Shown piece after piece: positions 48,410 to 59,485 of a stretch of DNA of 64,000 bases. Numbering within the stretch: the first letter of the stretch is position 1; every line of letters begins with the position of its first letter. The stretch comes from Microthyrium microscopicum (Eukaryota), in contig MU004236.1 in assembly GCA_010405405.1 (NCBI GenBank), positions 384,576-448,575 on the forward strand. The letters run 5' to 3'. The notes beneath the pieces were generated by a model. The model ran no database searches. It was not told the origin of the DNA and saw only the letters and a program-made list of their open reading frames with translations. Position numbers and translations under genes: made by a program.

Positions 48410-49957
48410 TCATCCGTCCAAAACCTTCAACATCTCCTCCACACTCGTGATCTTCTCCCGTGGCTTCCCCAGCTTCTCCCCCCTCCGTCGTTCCTCTGCC
48501 TCAATCGCCTTCCACTCTGCCCAACTCACAGTCCGCACCTTATCCCGAATCTGCGCCGACACAGCCTCCCATCCACCTCCATCACTCTGCTTTTCCTCAG
48601 CTATCTGCCCTATATCCGCAACAATCGCATCCGCCGTCTCAAATGCATCCGCCATCGTCGTAGCAATCACACCCGTCGGTCCACGCTTCACCCATCCGGC
48701 TACATACATCCCCGGCACGACTTCTCCGTTTCCGCTCGTAACAACACGGCCTTGCGTATTAGGAATTATCCCGCGCGCACTGTTGAAGGGTACGTCAAGT
48801 GCTTCAAGGCCGGGGATGGCGGACGCGGTATATCCGATACTGCGGAAGGCGATATCGCTGGGCAGTGTTAGCGATTGTGCTGTGTTATCGGCTTCTACGC
48901 GCGCTATTGGATCAAAGGGATCGTTGATGAAGCGTGTGCGTGAAAATGTCGTGCTGGACAGTACGCCATCTTCACTGTTGAATGTTGTTGGCGCCGCTAG
49001 GAAATGCAGTTCGGTGGATCTAGGGGGTGTTGGACTGGGGACGGGTTTGAGGAGGAGTTCGGCGATGCGTTTACGTGCGCGTGGGAGGGTTTTTAGATCT
49101 GCTGGGAAATATGTGCGTGGCACTGGCTGTAGTGCGCGGGACGATGTGGTGAGTTCGCGCAGTTCTTTGATTGTGAAGGCGGCTTGTATGGGGCCACGGC
49201 GGCCGACGATGTGTACGGTTTCGCATGTGTTTTGCGAAAGAGCGGCGAGGACGGGCTCGGGAGTGTCCGTCTTGCGAAGCTCGGAAACATCAGAGAGGAG
49301 GATTCGGGCTACGTCGAGAGCGACGTTTCCTTGGCCTATTATGACGGCGTTGCGGGCTTTAGAAAGGGGAAGAGGGAGGTTGGAGAAGCCGGGGAGGCCG
49401 TTGTACCAGGCGACGAATTCGCGCGCGGAGAGAATGTTGGGGAGGTTTTCGCCGGGGATGTTGAGGAGGCGGTCGTTGGAGGCACCGTAGGCGAAGAGAA
49501 TGGCATCGTAGTGTGGACGGAGGGTGGAGAGGGCGATGTCTTGTCCTAGGCGAATGTTGCCTATGAAATTGAAGTTGGGTAGGGAGGCTATTTCTTCAAA
49601 ACGGTCCTGACAGTTCTGCGAAGGTCTGTTAGCAAGATTCTGGAGAGGTAAGGTAGAAGTTACTTTGACTTCTGGATGATCTGGAGCAACTCCGAATCTG
49701 ACGAGGCCGAATGGAACTGGGAGTTGCTCATACATATCAATCACCGTCTTGTTATGCTCACGGAGCACTCTAGAGGCGGCATAGAAACCAGCTGGCCCGG
49801 ATCCGATGATCGCAAGTCGGAAAGGACGAGTTGGGATAGAGGGTGAGGAAAGGGAAGAGAGACGCCGCCTTGAGACATTTTTGGCAGATACCGAAACATC
49901 TCGAAGACTTTTGAAGCAATTGTGACAGATATAAGAGCTGCTTGAAAGTGCAAGCAT
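48410..49957 (-). CDS. ARH1: Mitochondrial NADPH:adrenodoxin (ferredoxin) reductase
   Basis: IIGSGPAGFY, PFGLVRFGVAPDHPEVK|NC, FVAWYNG, IIGQGNVALDVARIL, GRRGP, GWVKRGPTGVI. In-frame 48-nt intron 49616-49663. Confidence 0.95.
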   Translation of the reverse strand: MLALSSSSYICHNCFKSLRDVSVSAKNVSRRRLSSLSSPSIPTRPFRLAIIGSGPAGFYAASRVLREHNKTVIDMYEQLPVPFGLVRFGVAPDHPEVKVTSTLPLQNLANRPSQNCQDRFEEIASLPNFNFIGNIRLGQDIALSTLRPHYDAILFAYGASNDRLLNIPGENLPNILSAREFVAWYNGLPGFSNLPLPLSKARNAVIIGQGNVALDVARILLSDVSELRKTDTPEPVLAALSQNTCETVHIVGRRGPIQAAFTIKELRELTTSSRALQPVPRTYFPADLKTLPRARKRIAELLLKPVPSPTPPRSTELHFLAAPTTFNSEDGVLSSTTFSRTRFINDPFDPIARVEADNTAQSLTLPSDIAFRSIGYTASAIPGLEALDVPFNSARGIIPNTQGRVVTSGNGEVVPGMYVAGWVKRGPTGVIATTMADAFETADAIVADIGQIAEEKQSDGGGWEAVSAQIRDKVRTVSWAEWKAIEAEERRRGEKLGKPREKITSVEEMLKVLDG

Positions 49958-50673
49958 GGTGTTGGAAGTTGGAGATCTCCAATGCGGTTGAGAAGATCAG
50001 ATGGAAGGAGCTCTATCGATACCATGTTATTCCCATCTTATCCCCGACACTAACCTATCGTACATTTTACATGTTGACTTGATGAAATCAAGGAACATAC
50101 CTACAAATTAGTACCTAGAGTTGTTGAGATTTCAAAATATGGGTTAATCAAATGCAAAACACCTTACCATCATGCTAGATCAAAGATCAAATCTCTTGCA
50201 AGTCTTTACGCTATGACAACCTCAAAGGTTTAGAAATGCTCCGAATTGACTCCATGCGAAGCTTTGAAGCCAACAATAATAATGTCCGACACGGGACGTG
50301 ACCGTTGATAAAGCCAGGATTGACACAGAGCTTCTGAGGCTAGAAACCGTTGAATTTTTTAGAAATCGCTAAAGCTAGGAAACCAAGTTGATACCATTGG
50401 CTGCGAGAAGAAGTTTAACGTGGAAAGTTGGATGTTTGTTCAGCCTCATAGCCCAAAGCGGTTAAGGGCCATCACCATGACAACGTTCAAGCTAATGGCA
50501 AAACACAACTTTTGAACAGCGCAAAGCAGACTCACGACTGGTACAACTTTGAAATATCCAACTCCAGCCTCCCTTGTCCAGTTTGCATTCCTTTATTGCT
50601 TTATTGCACGCTACTCTGCTTCTGCATTCCTCGTCGATCCATTGAACAGCGTCTGATGTCATTCTCTTTCAGG

Positions 50674-52788
50674 ATGGGTGGACACCCATACCTTTACAAC
50701 CCACCAGCGGCCGTCAACTCTTGGGATCCTATCAATGGCTCTGTCTTTAATCCAAAAGCCGTCTCCCAAGCCAGCTTTATACAGCCAAAAGCAAAGCCCA
50801 AGCAAGATGGGCCTCTGCTCAACTTCAATCGACATCCGGATAGCTATCTGATTCAACCCTATGGCCAGACCGATGTCACGCCTATGCACAAAAACACCCG
50901 TAAACGGGTTCAGCGAGCAAGAAAAACCCAGCTAGCACTGCGTGTCATAGAGCTCGTCGGCGCAATTGGACTTTTGGTATGCGCAATATGTCTCAAAATC
51001 TCCCAAGGCACCGTCGCTTGGATTGTGCGAATACCAGTAAGTTGCCAATACGGTAATTGCGTGCTGCAGAGTACTAACCTTGGACAGCCAGCAGCAGACA
51101 CTCTTATCGTAATCTACAGCATATACCATTTGGCTAGTAGCTCCAAGAATCGCACTCCTACCAATAGCGCAAGCTATCATGGATTCGCTACCATTATGGA
51201 CGTTGGACTTATTCCTTTCTACGTATTCATCACAATGCTGGCTCATACAAATTATGGTCAAGCTGCAGGCTCAAAAGAACGATGGAACTCGCTCTTGGAT
51301 TCAGTTGATGCTACCAACCAGATCATTCAGATTGTCTGGCTGGCGACTACCGTCATGGCTGTGTTCCATGGCTTCTCCCTAGGCATTGATCTGTACTTGT
51401 TCATCATGTACCGCAAGATCATGGGACTTCCACCGGACATGAACCCATTGGAAGATGACAAGTTGACCCGACGCAAGACCAAACACAAGCACAAGAACTC
51501 CGAGCTGACCTTGATGGATGAGAAGCACATGAGCAACATGTCTGGAACAACCGTCGGCTCTCGAAATGTGCCTGGAATTGACACACCAAACCGATCATCG
51601 AGACCTATATCTTTCGCACAGTCGCGCACTGGCGGAGACAGCAGTTTCTCACCCCACAATCCCAAAACTGCTCGCATGTCCCAGACAAATCTAGCATACG
51701 GCATGTATCAACAAGGCAACATGGCCACCTCGCACATGAATCTCCATCATCGCGAACATAGCATCGCTGACAGCGCCTACTCGAACCGCACCTCGCAAAT
51801 GCCCAATAATCCCAACATCCACAAGCGCTCCTCCGTTGTCTCCTCTATGCATAGTTACGAAGGGCAAGAACAACAGCACAACTCTCAAGAAGATCTTCGC
51901 GCTGACAATTGGTTCGTCGTCGGTGATGGCTCAGAGGAAGCTCTCCCTGAATCTCCATACGCCCATCACGCGCCAAACCACCGTCTCGATAGCCCAAATT
52001 CACGCACTCATCAAAAGCACTTACCTTCCGGCCATCCGCTCCACATGAACCCACCGACTCCTCGCGAAAACCCGCCACCAACACCTCCTCCACAACCCAT
52101 CCCTACGCGCGTAGCAACCATGGCGCGCTCGCCCGATCCAGCGGCGGGGTATAGCCACCACATGACTACACATTCGAGAGAAGACAATGAGCGCGCACAC
52201 ACAATGGCGTCTGACATGACCGGCTCATCACACTACTCACATGACGACGATGAATCCGAAGTATCCAGCCGAATCCTACATTCTTCACGCGCCACGCCAT
52301 CGCGTCAACTATACGGCGATCTGGCGAGCGCAATGCGCGGCGTCAGACAAACAGACGTGATTTCCCCGCGGCCGCAAAGCCTGGTGGGCAGTGTACACTG
52401 GGCAGGCACGCATAGTGATGTGAGCAGCGTTGGCATGCACAGCAACAACAGCAACAGCAATGGCCCACGCCATAGTCGATTCCTAGAAAGTGTATCTGGT
52501 ACAGTAGTACGACGGAGTCCAGTGAGTGAGATGGATGAGGAGGAAGAAGAGGAGCCGCGCGGTCATAGATTGCAAGGTTCTTACGATAACGGCTATGGCA
52601 AGGGATATGGACGCGTAGTCAGTCGGACCGGCGTTGATGTGATGGACTATGGTGCCGACTTGGGCATGATGGGTGGTAGACGAAGAGATGTTAGTGGGAA
52701 GATTGCGGAGGAGGGACGAGGTGGAGCGGCGAGTGGCGGGTGGTTTGCAGGAGGATTGTTTCGGAGGGCGAGCGGGATGAAGTCGTGA
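50674..52788 (+). CDS. Four-TM (MARVEL-like) membrane protein with a long disordered cytoplasmic tail
   Basis: Four hydrophobic segments followed by LPPDMNPLE and an S/P/H-rich tail. In-frame 51-nt intron 51037-51087 (GTAAGT..CTAAC..CAG). Start uncertain (50656 or 50674). Confidence 0.8.
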   Translation: MGGHPYLYNPPAAVNSWDPINGSVFNPKAVSQASFIQPKAKPKQDGPLLNFNRHPDSYLIQPYGQTDVTPMHKNTRKRVQRARKTQLALRVIELVGAIGLLVCAICLKISQGTVAWIVRIPVSCQYGNCVLQSTNLGQPAADTLIVIYSIYHLASSSKNRTPTNSASYHGFATIMDVGLIPFYVFITMLAHTNYGQAAGSKERWNSLLDSVDATNQIIQIVWLATTVMAVFHGFSLGIDLYLFIMYRKIMGLPPDMNPLEDDKLTRRKTKHKHKNSELTLMDEKHMSNMSGTTVGSRNVPGIDTPNRSSRPISFAQSRTGGDSSFSPHNPKTARMSQTNLAYGMYQQGNMATSHMNLHHREHSIADSAYSNRTSQMPNNPNIHKRSSVVSSMHSYEGQEQQHNSQEDLRADNWFVVGDGSEEALPESPYAHHAPNHRLDSPNSRTHQKHLPSGHPLHMNPPTPRENPPPTPPPQPIPTRVATMARSPDPAAGYSHHMTTHSREDNERAHTMASDMTGSSHYSHDDDESEVSSRILHSSRATPSRQLYGDLASAMRGVRQTDVISPRPQSLVGSVHWAGTHSDVSSVGMHSNNSNSNGPRHSRFLESVSGTVVRRSPVSEMDEEEEEEPRGHRLQGSYDNGYGKGYGRVVSRTGVDVMDYGADLGMMGGRRRDVSGKIAEEGRGGAASGGWFAGGLFRRASGMKS

Positions 52789-53624
52789 TGATGGTTTGCT
52801 TTGCTGGGCGAAGAGTAGTGGTAATAAATAGTGCGACTTTCATGACGATATGGCCATGATCATCCTGACAGCGTAACAATGAAGGATTGGGATGGCGTTA
52901 ATATTGGGTCGTTTATATACCAATGTCAGTTCATTGTGCTGTATAAAACAGGCGCCCTAAATTCATGTGGATCGGATAAGACAACCTCATGGTTACCACC
53001 CTTCCAAAACGAGAGCAGACTTACTTGTCCATCTTGACCGATGACTTGAGCCATTATCTATGCACTCGATGGGAAATAAAATACTCTACAAGAAACCGTA
53101 GTACATGACAGCCATCGCACTTGACGGGAGCATGCCATTTGTTTTGTTATCCCCTTGCGGCCACCATCCAAAGAAACCCCGCTAAAATTGACGGTAACAT
53201 GATTGAGAGAGTTACTGTGAAAACGACAAAAGAAAGGAGGAATGATGGACTTGAGATGGGATAAAAGAAAACAAAGCCCCTGAGCGGGTCAACTTTGAGC
53301 CGGAATCACCCGATCAATACGATGTGGCGAATTCTATGCTGAGTGAGGATTGAGCAACACTCAAGCAACACTCATTCAACTTTCAATGATAGTGAGACGA
53401 TATTCAGAAGATTAATGCTGTGAATAGACTGCCGTCACTTGGTACTTTTGCTGCCTCTTCGTCTATAAAGCTAAAAGGTATTCGAGTCCGCATCCAACAT
53501 CCATCAACTCCCATTCATACGTCCGCATCAACAGCAACAGCGTGAACACCCACATGCATCGACAAAAATTCCGAAAATCAACGTAACTCTTCTCTACCAG
53601 CACAGAAATCCACAGAAGTTTCGA

Positions 53625-54665
53625 ATGGCAACCGCAACAAGAGGCGCCCTCAAACGGGCCCTTCCAAAGGACTTCGAGGACAACACGCTCCGATCATCAA
53701 CCACAGGTGGCCAACCAGCACCATTCATGGCTCACATCAGCCAGTTCCAGTTCCAAGGTGAAGCTGGAGAAGTCACTACGACTCAGAGTCGAATCAGCTT
53801 CAAATCAGCCAAGGCTGGTCAACCTTCCGCCAGCACTGCAACCGAATCTCCCAAAAAGAAGCGCAAGGCAAACGCATCCAAGACCACGCAGCCTGCCACT
53901 ACCGACTTGACTGTATCGCCCAAGAAGAAACGCGTGTCAAGTAAATACGAACCTGAAGACGGGAAGTACGCCCATCTCAAATCTCTCCCAGACGCCATCG
54001 ATTCCAGTCTGCTTGTACTGCTAGTAGGCCATAACCCCGGCGTAAAGACAGCAGAAACCGGGGAGGCCTACTCTCACCCAAGTAACTGGTTCTGGAAGCT
54101 CCTCGAAAATTCCGGTCTGACCGACCGCAAATGCCTTCCTTCAGAATACACGAACTTGCCAAGTCTGTACTGCCTTGGAACAACCAACATCGTCGAACGA
54201 CCTACCAAGGACACCGGCGAACTCAGCAAGGCAGAAATGGTGGCAGGCACGCCGATTTTGGAGGCAAAGATCCGTCGACATCGGCCAGAAGTCGTTTGCA
54301 TGGTGGGGAAGTCCATCTGGGAGTCCGTCTTCAAATATAAACAAGGCCGCTGGCAGAAAAAAGACGAATTCCACTACGGCTGGCAAGACGAGAAGTACAA
54401 CATGGGTGTCAGCGAGGAAGATTCCGAAGAAAATGGGCCTAAATGGGCTGGTGCAAAAGTCTTTGTCGCAACGACTACTAGTGCTCGATGTGCGTTTTTC
54501 AAGCCTGGCGACAGAGAAGTAATCTGGAAGCCTCTCGGAGACTGGGTGAAACAGAGAAGGATCGAAAAGACACTGGAAAGTGCAGAACGGAGGACTCCTA
54601 CTGCTTTCAGTACGGAGTCTGAAGTCCTCAACGTCCCTCCTGGTGGCTCTCCTGTCGACAACTGA
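53625..54665 (+). CDS. G:T/U mismatch-specific DNA glycosylase (TDG/MUG family, Thp1-like)
   Basis: LLVGHNPG, YSHPSNWFWKLL..SGL, GTTNIVERPT, ELS..E, PEVVCMVGK. Basic NLS-like PKKKRK. Confidence 0.92.
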   Translation: MATATRGALKRALPKDFEDNTLRSSTTGGQPAPFMAHISQFQFQGEAGEVTTTQSRISFKSAKAGQPSASTATESPKKKRKANASKTTQPATTDLTVSPKKKRVSSKYEPEDGKYAHLKSLPDAIDSSLLVLLVGHNPGVKTAETGEAYSHPSNWFWKLLENSGLTDRKCLPSEYTNLPSLYCLGTTNIVERPTKDTGELSKAEMVAGTPILEAKIRRHRPEVVCMVGKSIWESVFKYKQGRWQKKDEFHYGWQDEKYNMGVSEEDSEENGPKWAGAKVFVATTTSARCAFFKPGDREVIWKPLGDWVKQRRIEKTLESAERRTPTAFSTESEVLNVPPGGSPVDN

Positions 54666-55724
54666 TTCGCCTACATCACCCGGACTTGAATTGGCAGAAC
54701 ATATTCGTGGACAGACGAGATCATCATGAGCGGCAATTGCTGGAGCCGGTCATCATCTGACCCCAGGCAACCTGTACTTGCTGGAATTGACGATGTATTT
54801 TGGATCTCTGGTTGACCAACAGGCCTTTATTAGATATGTGTATATAGATATGTCTGGCACGTAATCAAGTTTACTTCGCATGGATGCGTAGCTTTTATAT
54901 ACTCCGGATTCTCCTGAGTTGGTAAAATAGATCTAAAAATTTAAACTTCAAACCACAATTCATCGTGATATTAAGTTTGCTCAACATCGTGACTGCCTCT
55001 CTGTCCATTGCCCTAGTCATATGAACGCCCTCAGCCGCCCCCAATGATCAGTTTGTTCAAAGTCAATACACAAATCTGCTCAAAAGTGGTGTAGTTTGAC
55101 ACTTATTGAGAATTGTGATGTGGCCGTAGAACTCTCAACTGCAAGAATGGACTACTTACCATGAATAATACATTGAGAGCAAAGCTCGCTCCCAAAACTC
55201 AAGCTCTTCAAATGCGCAGATGGTTACGCACGATACATGTTCGGGTGATTCTTTCGTGTACATGACAACCGCAACTGGACAGTGGGAACTCGTGAGCTTT
55301 GTTGTTTACCCGTTTGCATGGACTGAGATTGAGTGTTCGCTTGAAGGGGCTTGTTTGTTTGATTGGATTATTGATGATATTCGGTTTGTTCCTCTTTCCT
55401 GACGAGGTTTACCAGCACAGGAACCGGGAAAGTGGGCGCATTCGGTATGGATTGGCTCTAGGTTAGGACTTACTCGAGAGTTGTATCTTGATTCTGGCGT
55501 TGAAGGAAAGCTAACTGACCTTGTAATGGTAAATGCACAGATGCAAAGTCCAAACACTAGGAAGCTATATTACATTTATTTGTACATCCAGTTTATGCTT
55601 CAGCCATCAACCTCTCAAGTGATATAGCATTCAATTTGGCCGAAATATATCGAGATGCTCTTGAGCTGGAATATAGAACCAGAACCTCATTTCTAATACT
55701 CAAACAAATAAGTGTATGCAGAGA

Positions 55725-58700
55725 TCATGTTCTGACCCTCAATTGGTCATCAGTCACTTCCCGCTGTCCAAAGCCAAGCACACTCTTCTTCCTCCGGCCT
55801 TTACGGTCTCCATACTTCTCGTCAAATTGACGAATTTGCTTCAAGGTGCCCATATCCTCTGAAACACTGGCACTAATCTCCCCAATAGCCGTCTCAAAAT
55901 GACTAGCAGTCAACGTACGTTTCTCCGGATGTCTGTAATCCACATTGCCTTGCTCTTGTGCGACCTTAGCCGCAGCGTTCTCCTCCCTTACACACGCCAG
56001 CGCAGCCGCGACACAAAGATTCTTCAGATCAGAACCTGAGTAGAACGCAGTCCGCTTGGCAAGCTCTGGCAGCGAAATCGCGTCCTCCAGCGCCTCGTGA
56101 CGTAAATGGATCGCCAATATCTTCTCACGATCAGCTTCCGTAGGCAAATCTACCAGCAATCTCCGTGGCAGTCTACGTAGTACCGCGTCATCTAGATCAA
56201 ATGGCCGATTTGTCGCGACCATCAAGAACACTGACTCGGCACCTGCCGACTGTTCTGAGCCACCAAAGTGCTCAATCTCCTTGAGAAATTGGTTAAGCGT
56301 ATCTCGATGGCCAGTACGCCTTGGACCACTAGCACTGGAGCGCGCGTTGAGCATGCCATCCGCCTCGTCGATGAATATGACGCAGGGTGCGAGTTTGCGG
56401 GCTAGACTGAAGATTGCGCGGACAGTCTTTTCGCTCTCGCCGACGTACATGTTGTTGACTTCGGAGCCACTGACGGAGAGCATCGTGGCGCCGGATTCTT
56501 TGGCAACGGCTTTTGCGAGTAGGGTTTTGCCAGTGCCGGGTGGGCCGTAGAGGAGAAGTCCGGGGAGAGATTCGGAGCGGAGGACACCGTAGGTGAAGGC
56601 GTCAGGGCGAAGGAGGGAGAGCGAGGTTAAAGTACGAAGAGCCTCGATGGTTTCTTCAGGGGCGTGGATTTGGGAAAAGGTGGTTCGGATATTTTGAGGG
56701 GATATTATACAGCGGAGGAGTTTCTTTTCGTAAGAATCGCATTTTGCTTTGATGCCTTTGAGGTCGAGGGAGGTCTTTGGTAATTGGGTTGGAGCAAGAT
56801 AAGTAAGGTTGGGTGGTATGATATGTTCTTCTTCATCGGCATCTTCGTCTGTGAACGTATCCAACTCGTTGGCCTCTACGATTGATAGAGCAAGCTCTAA
56901 GTTGCTCTTTGGCTTTTCGTTCTCAGATAGGTCGGCAGTGTTGTTGCTCTCGCGAGAGAGAATGTGATCGAGACCTGCAACGAGCGTCGCTAGTCTGTGC
57001 ACTTCGCTTTGATTCAGTAGACTCGAATCCAACAAGTGGTCCTTCACTATATCGTCTTGAATTTCAAGGGTCATCTCAGATCGCCCTATGGTAGTTGTAC
57101 CATTAATATGGTTCATCATATCCTTCAAGTGGCGAAGGTTTTGTTGAAGAATCTCGTATGATCGAGCCTTTTCCCAGGCAGCATCAGCGAATTCTGCATC
57201 CTCGTGCGACTCGTCTTCTACATCGTTGTCTTCATCGTCTTCGTTACTCTTCTCTGTCGTCTCTCGGTCTCTCTTTGCTTCTTGAAGGGGTGGGATGACT
57301 AGTGCTCGATAAGATGTCTCCTCACTCAAGGTATTCAAATCCGCTTGAACGTTTCCTAAGCCCTCTACGCTAATGTCGTTGGAAGCACTGAGTCCAACGA
57401 TCATTAAAGCTCGACCATTGGGAAGTTTATCATCTTTTGTTACAATTCGTCCTAGGACCTCCAGGAACTTTCTGCCCGAAGATGTCGAAGAAACCTCCAT
57501 AAAATCTGAAACACATATCACGAGCTTTTTAGGCTCAATATCTGCTTCCGATCCCGTATTTTGTTCCACGATCCGCTCTCGTCTTGGAACGATTTGATTA
57601 ACCAATGAACGCAAGTTTTGCTCGAGTGTGGTTTGATCATCCGACAACTCATCAGCCTGAGCAAATAGCCTAGCTCCCATTGCTGGTATACCTAGAATGG
57701 TTGGTCCACCGTGGGATTTAGCGTTCGGCGAGCCAGGAATAACATAACGTGGTTTGGCATCTGCTTGAAATTTGGGCAAAAAGCGTGCTATTGACATGGG
57801 ACTATCTGTGTCATCAGTATGTCCTTCTTCCTCGGAGAACGGGTCTTCCTTGGAGCTCTGGCTAAACAAATTTTGACCCATGAAGCTCGAGGACAAACCG
57901 GAGTCATGGGTAAGCCTATTCTCGTCGGGGAAAATGTAGCCATATAGCTCAGCGATATCGTGAGCATTGAGGTGAAGAATATCGGCCTTTTCGCTTTGCG
58001 CAACGGCCTCAACTACTTCCCTCATGAAGTACTTTGACCCTTCCGAGGGCGAATATAGCGCGAGGTTTTTTCGTATGGACGCGTAGGATGCAGGTGTATC
58101 ATCGTGATATTTGGGCAGTCCGAGACCGGCTGACATAGACACGGCAATTTCTAAGAAATGCGATAATGACAGAAAGGCAGTGGCATTATCAATATCATTC
58201 GGAACGAGCGAAAATGGTCCCACTTGATCGTAGAACTCGTCGGAATCGCACACCTTCTGGAAGCGTTTGATGACTTGGATGAGACCTTGGTCAAGTGTCT
58301 CTGCTGGGTCATCGCCTCCAGATATCTTGAGATCCTGGGATTGACGGCTCTTTATATCTTGCCATCGAACAACATTTTCCTTCAACAACCAGGCTGGTAC
58401 GGATAATGGAAGATCTTGCGGATCCGAGCTCATGTGATTGATGCCATCGTCGAGCCGATCGTCTCCAAAGGTTCTTGTCGTGTCGTTCGCAGCTGAGCTC
58501 ACGCGGACTGCAGCGCGTTGTAAAGCGCTTTCCAATGTCCTTCGAGAGGTTAGAAAGCCTCCCGTGGCTCGCAATAAACCTTTTGTGGAGTCGATCTGGC
58601 CCTGGTTTTCTGCAGCACTCTTCTCCAGCTCTGACAGCTCTCTCTCCAATGCAGACCGCTTATTTTCCAAAGACGCCCATCTGTCCGGCAGTTGTTCATC

Positions 58701-58982
58701 CGTTTTTTGCGGTTCTGATCCGCTCGGAGGAGCATTATCTTGTTCTACTGTTGTAGAATTGCTGGTCACAGTCGCCGTGACATTCTTATTATCGTTCTGA
58801 GCCGGTTGCTCCGGGTCTACAGGCTTGGGTTTGTCTCTATAAAGGGTGTTGGAGCTGGTAAATGGTCGACGAAAGCTACGCGACGAGAAGCTTTGTTGAC
58901 GGCGAAGGAGGGAATATCGAAGTGCGTGATTTCTAGAACAGCTCAGGAGACGCCATGCGAAGCCATTGACGAGCGCAGTCAT
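55725..58982 (-). CDS. Large mitochondrial-type AAA+ ATPase (Msp1/ATAD1-related clade)
   Basis: Arg/Ser-rich presequence-like start MTALVNG. Motifs GLLLYGPPGTGKT, MYVGESEK, VIFIDEAD, ATNRPFDLDDAVLRRLPRR, YSGSDLKNLC. Confidence 0.9.
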   Translation of the reverse strand: MTALVNGFAWRLLSCSRNHALRYSLLRRQQSFSSRSFRRPFTSSNTLYRDKPKPVDPEQPAQNDNKNVTATVTSNSTTVEQDNAPPSGSEPQKTDEQLPDRWASLENKRSALERELSELEKSAAENQGQIDSTKGLLRATGGFLTSRRTLESALQRAAVRVSSAANDTTRTFGDDRLDDGINHMSSDPQDLPLSVPAWLLKENVVRWQDIKSRQSQDLKISGGDDPAETLDQGLIQVIKRFQKVCDSDEFYDQVGPFSLVPNDIDNATAFLSLSHFLEIAVSMSAGLGLPKYHDDTPASYASIRKNLALYSPSEGSKYFMREVVEAVAQSEKADILHLNAHDIAELYGYIFPDENRLTHDSGLSSSFMGQNLFSQSSKEDPFSEEEGHTDDTDSPMSIARFLPKFQADAKPRYVIPGSPNAKSHGGPTILGIPAMGARLFAQADELSDDQTTLEQNLRSLVNQIVPRRERIVEQNTGSEADIEPKKLVICVSDFMEVSSTSSGRKFLEVLGRIVTKDDKLPNGRALMIVGLSASNDISVEGLGNVQADLNTLSEETSYRALVIPPLQEAKRDRETTEKSNEDDEDNDVEDESHEDAEFADAAWEKARSYEILQQNLRHLKDMMNHINGTTTIGRSEMTLEIQDDIVKDHLLDSSLLNQSEVHRLATLVAGLDHILSRESNNTADLSENEKPKSNLELALSIVEANELDTFTDEDADEEEHIIPPNLTYLAPTQLPKTSLDLKGIKAKCDSYEKKLLRCIISPQNIRTTFSQIHAPEETIEALRTLTSLSLLRPDAFTYGVLRSESLPGLLLYGPPGTGKTLLAKAVAKESGATMLSVSGSEVNNMYVGESEKTVRAIFSLARKLAPCVIFIDEADGMLNARSSASGPRRTGHRDTLNQFLKEIEHFGGSEQSAGAESVFLMVATNRPFDLDDAVLRRLPRRLLVDLPTEADREKILAIHLRHEALEDAISLPELAKRTAFYSGSDLKNLCVAAALACVREENAAAKVAQEQGNVDYRHPEKRTLTASHFETAIGEISASVSEDMGTLKQIRQFDEKYGDRKGRRKKSVLGFGQREVTDDQLRVRT

Positions 58983-59485
58983 TACGGTGGGGCGTTGTTG
59001 GCGGGCAATTGGTGTGTGAAGTTTGTCAAATTGTTGGGCGGATGAAGTCGAGTATAATTGTAGTAAAAAAAGCTGGGATGGCTTTGGCCAATCATTTGGC
59101 GACGCAGGGCAACACAACCAAGGCGACGCGCACAGCGTAAACTTCAAATGCAGCTTTATAGATGAATATTTATTACACGTCTGATGCGCAGTATGTGAGT
59201 TCATTAAGTATTACTTCTCATAATGAATTGAGCTAACGAGAGCAATGCTCTCTATCCCAGCTTGATTTGCTCAAGCGGCCGGTATTGTGTATTATCAGAA
59301 TTCCTGGCCGTCCATCTATAACTCCTGATTATTATGCGAATACAATTAAGAGATGGATGCATTCCCGCTGACGAGTAGAAGAGACCTCTAATCCTCATTC
59401 AAGATCTGATGATGATCTTGGAAAGCTGACTACCTCCCATTGTGTTGAGTCGTGACTTCATAAGAATCCAGTTAATAAAAACAGT

